The notes under the pieces are model-generated. The model searched no databases, had not been told where the DNA came from, and was given only the letters and a program-made list of their open reading frames with translations. This document shows positions 25,658-32,168 of a stretch of DNA of 32,168 bases, piece after piece. The translations under genes were made by a program, and so were the position numbers. The first letter of the stretch is position 1, and every line of letters begins with the position of its first letter. Origin of the DNA: an uncultured Candidatus Saccharibacteria bacterium (lineage in GTDB: Bacteria > Patescibacteriota > WWE3 > UBA101185 > UBA10185); assembly GCA_964530415.1 (NCBI GenBank), contig CAZHAM010000002.1:1649-33816 (forward strand), read 5' to 3'.

Positions 25658-26179
25658 ATGGACTTAGTTAAAAGAGAATCAGCGCTTTGGTCATATTTAA
25701 CGTCTGACTTGCGAGAACTAATAGAAGACGGAGAAAGACTTGTTGTATATATAACCAGAGAAGATCAAAAAGGAGATATCAGTGACTTTTCGTTTGCAGT
25801 TTTTCCGTTTGCCAAAGCATACGAAGGTTTTTTAAAAAAACTTTTCTTTGATTTAGGGATGATATCTCACGAAGATTATTATGGAGACGAAATAAGAATC
25901 GGGAGAATTTTAAATCCAAGATATATAAAAGAGCACAGCAGCGTAGCAAAAAGAATGTTTGGTCACTCTCAAGCCCGCAAAGCACTATCTGAAGAGCTCT
26001 GGGAGACCTGGAGAATAGGTCGAAATCGAGTATTCCATTACTTCCCCCATAACTTTAGAAAACTCAGCTACGAAGAAGCTATGGACATTGTATACGAGAT
26101 TGTAAGGTCTATGACTAAGGCCGTTGATATGTGCGATATAGAGGTTACCAGTTTAGCCGATATTAAGAAGGTCAAATAA
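25658..26179 (+). CDS. HEPN-like hypothetical protein (Rx4H motif)
   Basis: 173 aa, all-helical in appearance. AKAYEGFLKKL is followed late by WRIGRNRVFHYF, which resembles the RNxxxH(x)Y core of HEPN/DUF86-type domains. It starts 1 nt after the ATPase stop. Confidence 0.45.
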   Translation: MDLVKRESALWSYLTSDLRELIEDGERLVVYITREDQKGDISDFSFAVFPFAKAYEGFLKKLFFDLGMISHEDYYGDEIRIGRILNPRYIKEHSSVAKRMFGHSQARKALSEELWETWRIGRNRVFHYFPHNFRKLSYEEAMDIVYEIVRSMTKAVDMCDIEVTSLADIKKVK

Positions 26180-26280
26180 GCAGAAAAAACAAAGGGAAGT
26201 TGTCCAGCGTTTTTTTTCGCACTAAAATCCCATTTTGCTTTCATCTCAAGCCTCCTTTAGATTGTTGGTATAATCATCCA

Positions 26281-27357
26281 ATGCACAGCATTGTATCAGA
26301 TCAAAAAAGAGTTGCAGTAGGGTTAAGTGGTGGCGTTGACTCGTCTGTTGCAGCTTATCTTTTAAAAGAACAGGGTTATGATGTTGTAGGCGTTCATTTA
26401 CAGTGTTGGGATGCTAGGGCGGATGGTTGTAAAGCAGAGGAAGATAGAGCTTATGCTGTAAGAACAGCCGCGCATCTGGGTATTAAATTTGAACATATTG
26501 ACTACCAAGCCCAATACAAAGACAAAGTCATAGAATATTTTTATAAAGAATATGCATCAGGTAGAACTCCAAATCCCGATGTTATGTGCAACAAAGAGAT
26601 AAAGTTCGGTTTGTTTTTTGATTGGGCGGTAGAAAATGGATTTGATTACGTTGCAACCGGTCATTACGCAAGAATCTTACACTGCCACGATCAAATCAGT
26701 TTGTTAAAAGGGTCAGACCCATCAAAAGACCAGTCGTATTTTTTATATTTACTGGATCAAGAACATCTCGCTAAGACTCTTTTTCCGATTGGAGATATGT
26801 ACAAAAAAGACGTAAGAGAAATCGCCAAAAACGAGAATTTGCCGGCATTTAACCGCCCGGACAGTACAGGTATCTGTTTTATCGGGGAAGTGGACATCAA
26901 AGAGTTTTTAAAACAGAAGTTAAAAGTCGAAAAGGGCAATGTTATAGATATTAACGGCAATGTAATAGGCGAGCACGATGGGGCTTGGTTTTACACAATA
27001 GGACAAAGACATGGATTTAAAATTAATAAGTATCAGGGAGTCCCGGTTTACATTATTGATAAGAACAAAGACAAGAATGAGCTAATTGTTGGTTCAGAGA
27101 AAGATGCCGAAAAATCAAGCTTTAAAGCCTCTAACTTACACTGGATAAGTGGCACCAAGCCTGCCAACACGAGCGATTTATTTGATTGTGATGTAAGAAT
27201 TAGGCATTTGGGAAAAATACAACCGGCTAAAGTTAAGATTAATAAATCTAACACGGCTAACATCGATTTATCTGAAAGTATGTTTGCAGTTGCCCCGGGT
27301 CAAAGTGTAGTTTTTTACCGTGGTGACGAGGTTTTAGGCGGAGGAATAATTAATTAA
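26281..27357 (+). CDS. mnmA: tRNA-specific 2-thiouridylase MnmA
   Basis: PP-loop VAVGLSGGVDSSVAAYLL, catalytic Cys regions (NPDVMCNKEIKF, TGICFIG), and KDQSYFL. The tracked ORF starts at 26200, but homologues begin near the MHSIV Met at 26281. Confidence 0.9.
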   Translation: MHSIVSDQKRVAVGLSGGVDSSVAAYLLKEQGYDVVGVHLQCWDARADGCKAEEDRAYAVRTAAHLGIKFEHIDYQAQYKDKVIEYFYKEYASGRTPNPDVMCNKEIKFGLFFDWAVENGFDYVATGHYARILHCHDQISLLKGSDPSKDQSYFLYLLDQEHLAKTLFPIGDMYKKDVREIAKNENLPAFNRPDSTGICFIGEVDIKEFLKQKLKVEKGNVIDINGNVIGEHDGAWFYTIGQRHGFKINKYQGVPVYIIDKNKDKNELIVGSEKDAEKSSFKASNLHWISGTKPANTSDLFDCDVRIRHLGKIQPAKVKINKSNTANIDLSESMFAVAPGQSVVFYRGDEVLGGGIIN

Positions 27358-29683
27358 GCTCAAATCCCGTCTTTTGAATAACTACCAAGTCTTTAATTAT
27401 TCCCTTAGTGTCGATCTTAATCATTTGTGTTTGTGTTTCCTCGATGTCTCCGTTTGAAGCCATAGAGCGGAAGTACACAAAATTTACCCCGTCTTTTTCA
27501 AGTTTTACTGGTTGTATGTACCTCTCAAGATCGCTTGGTTCGTTTACACTATAGAAAACTTGCACACCCATGTTGTTTTCAAAAGAAATTGTCGGATATG
27601 CGCTTAACCAACCGTCATAAATATCAATATCTGACTCCAACGTGGTAACAGGAGCTCCCGAGCTAATTCTTGTTCCAAACATTGCAAACTCGCTCAAATG
27701 AGGTATTTGAGAAGTAATTTTGTTTTCAATCAGATCAACAATTGTCGGAAGTAATTGCCATTCGTTTTCAGTTGAGTCGAAATAGTACATACCGAGAGAA
27801 TCTAATGCTATCTCATCCAAATCTAAGCTATTTAAGTCAAATACAATCTCAAGATCAAAAGGCAGCTTACTTAAGCTTTCGTTTAAATAGTCATACGCTG
27901 AAATATAAAGAGAAGTTTGGGGGATATATCTCAAGGTCTGCGGTACAAACTCTTTGTAAGGTATCCCGTTCTTTTCAAAATTGAAAGTGACGTTTTGTTC
28001 CGAGTTGTTAGAGATATTTGCGGTCACATTATCAAAAGTCAAAGTTTCGGAGCTGGTTTTTATAGTTTTAGACAGTTTATCGTAAGGGATTTCCCACAAA
28101 TAAGTGCTTTGTGTACCGTTTAAATTAGCTTGATTTCGTTCCAACGCATATTTAGGCCACGGATCCTGTGTGAAAACTGTTTGCCAGCCAAACGGATCTA
28201 CATTTCCGTTAGGAAAATCGTCGGAGAAACTCCCGTTAGCGTTAACGTCTTTTGTTACAGAAAGATGTAGATGCGGTCCACTACTTTTACCCGTCATGCC
28301 CACTTTTCCAATACTTTGTCCCTTAGAAACTGCTACATTCCCATTGGAATTAGTAGTAATTAAGTCGTTTTTCATCAAGTGCATATAAGTTGATTGAAAG
28401 CCATTATCATGCGCAACTTTTATTGAATTTCCGCAGTCTGTGCAGTAATAATAGTTCGCTATACCCGATTCAACTGCGTAAACATTATCTTCATAGTTCA
28501 TTTTAAAATCCGTGCCGTTGTGTGACGAGTAATATAGCTTAGGGGCTTTTCCGCGAATACCTTTGAAATTTATAATCGTACTGATTGTTGATGGCGGTTC
28601 CATAAGATATGAGCCCAAAGTAGGGTATTCGTGATCAAAGTAAGCGGTAATGTTTTCAAAGAGTTCGTTGTTTCTAAAAATGTTCCAGGGAGGCCTGAAT
28701 GTTCCGATAGTGAGATTCGGGGCAATATTCGAAGTAAACACACCTCTATTATTAAGTAGCGCGAAAATTGAGTTTTGGTCTTTTGTTACAAAACCGAGTT
28801 CTAAAATTACACCAATATTTTGTAAACCCGTGCGATCTAAAGTAGGCGAGCCTACAGCAAACTCCACAATGTCTCTTTCGCCGTTTTCAAATAGAACGCC
28901 TGCATAGTAAAGATTCCCGAATTTGCTGACGGCTTCGATAGTAGTTCCTTCAAAAATATTTAAACTCTGCCACGTAATTCCCAAATCTTTAGAAAGATAC
29001 AATCCGTTTCCGCTTATTGAGCCAGCTAAAATAGCCTCCTCATCAACATAAAATTTCCGAATTCCTTTTTCGGCTAATTCCGATACCTCAATCCAAGCGT
29101 TGCCACGATCTTTTGTTATATAAACTTTATTTTCGCTTGCCGCTAAGGTAATCTCATCGCTAGAAAAAACCGCGTCAATTTTTGGACCAAACCAGCCGTT
29201 TCCTATTTTTTGAACCCAATTGTCCCCTTTGTCGTCTGATACCCACAGACCGTGCACGAAACTTCCAAGGTACAGCGACTCATTGTCTGCAGAGATGGTG
29301 TTTACCGAAAATCCCATTCCTTTGTACTCCCATGTTTGACCGTAATCGTTAGAGACGTAAAGCCCGGTTTCATTGTTTATTTTGTAATAGGCAGACGCAT
29401 AAAGTGTTCCGTTTTTAAATTTTAGGTCAGTTATACCTTTGCTCGGAAGCCCTCCTTTTACCCAATTTTCACCGCCATCCCACGATATAAAAATACCGTT
29501 ATGTGTCTCAGAGGTGATATTGGAGGTATATTCACCTGCAACCATATTCTTATTTGTTGTTTCGATGGACTTTATGTAATTTGGCAAGACGACTATTTTA
29601 TTCCAGGAAAAGGCTTGAGCAGAACAATAAACGCCATTAAAAAAAACAAAAGCACAAAAAACAAAAATCCTAACCAGTTTCAT
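27350..29683 (-). CDS. Secreted Asp-box (BNR) beta-propeller fused to an M23 metallopeptidase domain, plus a C-terminal beta-rich region
   Basis: Signal peptide (VFCAFVFFNGVYCSAQA). Five SxDxGxxW-type Asp-boxes (SWDGGENW, SNDYGQTW, SDDKGDNW, TKDRGNAW, SKDLGITW). M23 motifs HNGTD ... YMHL ... GMTGKSSGPHLHLSV. Confidence 0.8.
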   Translation of the reverse strand: MKLVRIFVFCAFVFFNGVYCSAQAFSWNKIVVLPNYIKSIETTNKNMVAGEYTSNITSETHNGIFISWDGGENWVKGGLPSKGITDLKFKNGTLYASAYYKINNETGLYVSNDYGQTWEYKGMGFSVNTISADNESLYLGSFVHGLWVSDDKGDNWVQKIGNGWFGPKIDAVFSSDEITLAASENKVYITKDRGNAWIEVSELAEKGIRKFYVDEEAILAGSISGNGLYLSKDLGITWQSLNIFEGTTIEAVSKFGNLYYAGVLFENGERDIVEFAVGSPTLDRTGLQNIGVILELGFVTKDQNSIFALLNNRGVFTSNIAPNLTIGTFRPPWNIFRNNELFENITAYFDHEYPTLGSYLMEPPSTISTIINFKGIRGKAPKLYYSSHNGTDFKMNYEDNVYAVESGIANYYYCTDCGNSIKVAHDNGFQSTYMHLMKNDLITTNSNGNVAVSKGQSIGKVGMTGKSSGPHLHLSVTKDVNANGSFSDDFPNGNVDPFGWQTVFTQDPWPKYALERNQANLNGTQSTYLWEIPYDKLSKTIKTSSETLTFDNVTANISNNSEQNVTFNFEKNGIPYKEFVPQTLRYIPQTSLYISAYDYLNESLSKLPFDLEIVFDLNSLDLDEIALDSLGMYYFDSTENEWQLLPTIVDLIENKITSQIPHLSEFAMFGTRISSGAPVTTLESDIDIYDGWLSAYPTISFENNMGVQVFYSVNEPSDLERYIQPVKLEKDGVNFVYFRSMASNGDIEETQTQMIKIDTKGIIKDLVVIQKTGFELN

Positions 29684-29757
29684 AGCACAGTTATATAAAA
29701 AACAGACTCGAGTACAACCGCCTAAGCTCTACCTAAAATAGATAATTTCTCTCCACA

Positions 29758-29766
29758 TGATAGAAT
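29758..29766 (+). promoter_or_regulatory. Candidate extended -10 promoter element (TGaTAGAAT)
   Basis: TG at 29758..29759 and TAGAAT at 29761..29766, 16 nt upstream of the ATG at 29782. No clear -35 or SD. Confidence 0.3.
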
Positions 29767-29781
29767 CAGTAAGAAAAAACT

Positions 29782-31101
29782 ATGATCCAAGAACTAAAAA
29801 AATCACTACCGGACCTTAAAGAAGCAGAAATTGAAGGCATTTTGCATATTCTATATTCGGTAGAAAATCTAACAAACTCCGAGCTTATAACCTTAACAGG
29901 ACTTCCTAAAGAGGTTTTGCGACAGTTTAAATCAAGAATCTCTACTTTACTTAAGGATTCTCAGTCTGAAGAAATCGAGCTAAATACTGATGGGGCCGAG
30001 AAATTAAAGAATCTAAACCCACAACCTTATAAATGGACGCTGTTATCGTATGAAACCGATGATGCTAAAAATCTAGTAGAAAAGTTAGACGATGTTAGAA
30101 ATACATACAAAATTTCGCCCAAAAGAGAACTAGACCAGTTTTTTGCTACAACCGAAACATCCGTGAACAAGGCAATGATTTTAAAAGATAAAGGCGTGGT
30201 TACAGGAAAAAGAATCGGGTTAATAGGCGACGATGATCTGGTATCGATCGTTTTAGGTTTAGCCGGTGAAAATTACCAAAATGTGACGGTTGCTGATGTA
30301 GACACCGATCTCCTCAAATCAATTTCTAAGATCTCAGGCGACATGGGTATAAGGAATGTTCAAACTATCGAATACAACTGTAAAAACAACGTTCCCAACA
30401 CTCTGTTTGAAAAATTTGACGTAATTATGACAGATCCGCCCTATACAAAAGCTGGGATCGAATTATTTTTAAACAGAGCCGTCCAGATGCTATCTAAAAG
30501 CCCGTCATACGAAGGAAAATACATTCTTCTGTTTTTTGGCAATAGTTTTAAGAGTCCCGAGAAGTATTTGAAAGTTCAGGAGGTGATAAATAAGTTTAAC
30601 CTGGTAATTGAGGACAGAATTGACAAGTTTTCCAGATATTATGGCGCAGAATCTATCGGAAACGCATCAGCTTTGTATATTTTAAAAACTACAGCATCCA
30701 CAGAGCCGCTTGCCGAAGAATTACTCTCCAGCACAATTTACACGTATGAAAATCAAAAAGAAGAGAAATTCCCGTTTGTAGACCACGTTGTTATCAAAGT
30801 ATTTGACGTTCCGGATCAAATTGTTAAATCAAAAGCGCAAATCACAAAGGCAATGGGGGATTTTTGCAACGAGCATAAGCTAAAAGTGGTAGACAACAAG
30901 ATAACTGAGTTTAAAAACGGCGGTTTGACGCTCACTTTTATATTGGCCAACTCAAATTTAGTGGTTCATACCTGGCCCGAATTTAACGCTGTGCACTTAG
31001 ATTTGATTACTTGTGCGCCAATTCATAAAAAGTCCTCGATACCTTATAGTATTGAGAAATTCCTAAAATCAGGTAAAATAGAGGCTACCTTTGTCAATTG
31101 A
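29782..31101 (+). CDS. Fusion protein: DUF43/BpsA-like aminopropyltransferase domain plus SpeH-type S-adenosylmethionine decarboxylase domain
   Basis: N-terminal wHTH-like region, then a Rossmann domain with LIGDDDLVSI and IMTDPPYT (as I recall the DUF43/branched-polyamine-synthase motifs). The C-terminal ~120 aa align by eye to small pyruvoyl AdoMetDC (GLTLTFILANSNLVVHTWPEFNAVHLDLITCA versus [32 protein letters not shown]). Confidence 0.7.
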   Translation: MIQELKKSLPDLKEAEIEGILHILYSVENLTNSELITLTGLPKEVLRQFKSRISTLLKDSQSEEIELNTDGAEKLKNLNPQPYKWTLLSYETDDAKNLVEKLDDVRNTYKISPKRELDQFFATTETSVNKAMILKDKGVVTGKRIGLIGDDDLVSIVLGLAGENYQNVTVADVDTDLLKSISKISGDMGIRNVQTIEYNCKNNVPNTLFEKFDVIMTDPPYTKAGIELFLNRAVQMLSKSPSYEGKYILLFFGNSFKSPEKYLKVQEVINKFNLVIEDRIDKFSRYYGAESIGNASALYILKTTASTEPLAEELLSSTIYTYENQKEEKFPFVDHVVIKVFDVPDQIVKSKAQITKAMGDFCNEHKLKVVDNKITEFKNGGLTLTFILANSNLVVHTWPEFNAVHLDLITCAPIHKKSSIPYSIEKFLKSGKIEATFVN

Positions 31102-31138
31102 CGAAGAGAATCTTTGAACGAGTGAAAAGGAGTAAGCT

Positions 31139-31348
31139 ATGAGAACCCAAGATCTGAAGGTTGGGCAAGAAGTAGGCCACATCAAGAACAACCAAGTTCG
31201 GCCTGCAAGGTTTAAAATGAAAGACAAGAATGGTAAGTTTTTGTTTGATGTTACAACCAAACTTGGTCCCTTGACCATTACCATTACTGCCACACTTGAC
31301 GAAGACGCTGTATTGCGGGAAATTGAGCCGATTGCCTGCTGTAGCTAG
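31139..31348 (+). CDS. Small hypothetical protein, 69 aa (paralogue 1)
   Basis: AAAGGAG SD 7 nt upstream of the ATG. It is followed by a strong hairpin and a T8 tract. Confidence 0.5.
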   Translation: MRTQDLKVGQEVGHIKNNQVRPARFKMKDKNGKFLFDVTTKLGPLTITITATLDEDAVLREIEPIACCS

Positions 31349-31364
31349 GTTAGACCCGATCCAA

Positions 31365-31428
31365 AGCTGCCTGGGGTGTTTTTTTACATATATTTTTTTG
31401 TAAACCCTAGGCAGCTCAACTTTTTTTT
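31365..31428 (+). terminator. Rho-independent terminator-like hairpin
   Basis: agctgcctgggg (31365..31376) pairs with ccctaggcagct (31405..31416): 12 bp including one G.U. The 28-nt loop has an inner stem. TTTTTTTT follows at 31421..31428. Confidence 0.6.
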
Positions 31429-31444
31429 GAGAAGGAGCAGCATT

Positions 31445-31654
31445 GTGGATCCAGCAAAGTTAGTCCTTGGAAACGAGTACGAGTATCATGATGGGTCCGG
31501 GAAAGTTATCCGAGTACGTTTTACGGACTCAAGTACAGGTTCCCTGACATTTTACGTTTTCGAGACCGTCGGAGTCGATGATGGAAAGCAGATCGTGTTA
31601 GCGCCCAGCGATGTTAGGAGTATGATATTTTCTTTGATAGACAGCAACTCCTAG
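31445..31654 (+). CDS. Small hypothetical protein, 69 aa (paralogue 2; GTG start)
   Basis: GAAGGAG SD (31431..31437) lies 7 nt before the GTG at 31445. The tracked ATG at 31376 lies inside the terminator hairpin and gives a nonsense N-terminus. Weak but collinear similarity to the 31139 product. Confidence 0.45.
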   Translation: MDPAKLVLGNEYEYHDGSGKVIRVRFTDSSTGSLTFYVFETVGVDDGKQIVLAPSDVRSMIFSLIDSNS

Positions 31655-31754
31655 CCTATCTCTTTTAACTACAACCTCGCTGGGAAGTCAACAAAGCAAA
31701 AATATACAGCTTTTTATTGACTTCCCGGCACAACCATTTATCCCATTTTTATAA

Positions 31755-31783
31755 TTGACACCCCCATTTTAAATTGATATCTT
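31755..31783 (+). promoter_or_regulatory. Candidate rRNA operon promoter (TTGACA-17 nt-TATCTT)
   Basis: Consensus -35 TTGACA at 31755..31760, a 17-nt spacer, and TATCTT at 31778..31783, about 230 nt upstream of the 16S 5' end. An AT-rich UP-like sequence lies upstream. Confidence 0.4.
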
Positions 31784-32013
31784 GCTAATGAAATACATTT
31801 AGTGTATACATATATTCTGTTCCGAGTTATTTAGATGATGTAAACATCACGGTATCTTTTGAAATTAAGCGATACCATTTAAAGTGAACAAACTTTCACT
31901 TACGCTCTTTGAAATTGAAATATCTGAGCCAAGAAACTTTAAGCACATGTTTTTGTTAATTACTTTGATATTTTGTTTGTCACTTTGTGGCTTTCAAAAT
32001 AGAAAGAATGTTT

Positions 32014-32168
32014 TAGTTGAGAATTTGATCCTAGTTCAGGGTGAATGCTAGCGGTGTGCCTAAGATATGCAAGTTGAGCGGTGTTTGCAGCAATGCAAAC
32101 ACAGCGGCGAACGGCTGAGTAACACGGAGGACCCCACCTGTAATTCAGGGATCGCCCCGGGACACTGG
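32014..32168 (+). rRNA. rrs: 16S ribosomal RNA, 5' end (partial, continues past the window)
   Basis: gagaatttgatcctagttcagggtgaatgctagcggtgtgcctaagatatgcaagttgagcgg aligns with the universal 16S 5' region (AGAGTTTGATCMTGGCTCAG...GCCTAAYACATGCAAGTCGARCG), with several divergent positions. Confidence 0.9.

Noticed and set aside
31376-31444. The ATG at 31376 as the start of the second small ORF (92-aa version)
   Set aside because: These codons span the terminator hairpin and T-tract and give MFFYIYFFVNPRQLNFF. The GAAGGAG SD is correctly spaced for the GTG at 31445 instead.
31682-31726. The perfect 10-bp inverted repeat gggaagtcaa...ttgacttccc as a terminator for the small ORF
   Set aside because: No U-tract follows and the loop is 25 nt. 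It may be a regulatory or processing element of the rRNA upstream region, but I cannot support a specific call.
1-32168. Use of an alternative genetic code (UGA reassignment, as in some candidate phyla)
   Set aside because: All recognisable genes are full length under the standard code, with no in-frame UGA interruptions, and several end at UGA or UAA where homologues end.

Overview
This is an AT-rich, very gene-dense bacterial window. It has many 1-8 nt start/stop overlaps and a partial 16S rRNA gene at the right edge. The gene content fits a reduced-genome, Patescibacteria/CPR-like organism: a split two-subunit transketolase, a stand-alone 5'-3' exonuclease, an archaeal/eukaryotic-type ATP-dependent DNA ligase, and many small membrane or hypothetical proteins. 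That taxonomic call is inference only. Left to right the window holds: a Xer-like tyrosine recombinase cut by the edge; an FtsB/DivIC-like gene; two tRNA(CAU) genes flanking a small gene with a strong Shine-Dalgarno (SD) site; and trpS, ftsH, a 5'-3' exonuclease and nth. A long minus-strand block follows: DsbA-like protein, 2-hydroxyacid dehydrogenase, PfkB kinase, transketolase C and N subunits separated by an unrelated gene, a GC-rich non-coding island, LOG-family protein, rpe-like, rpiB, lgt, membrane proteins, ATP-dependent ligase, degenerate Fic protein, recF, mutM and a GT4 glycosyltransferase. Then come a plus-strand operon (secreted protein, P-type ATPase, HEPN-like protein), mnmA, a large secreted Asp-box propeller/M23 peptidase, an aminopropyltransferase-like/AdoMet-decarboxylase fusion, two tandem 69-aa paralogues, and the 16S promoter and 5' end. 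The best candidates for something undescribed are: (a) the ~380-nt GC-rich, ORF-poor island at about 12336-12720, which has a tmRNA-like 5' motif but none of the obligatory tmRNA 3' elements; (b) the BpsA-like/SpeH fusion plus the twin 69-aa genes; (c) the HEPN-like gene translationally coupled to the P-type ATPase; and (d) the acceptor-stem minihelix repeats in front of the second tRNA. No CRISPR array, transposase or recognisable classical defence operon was seen.
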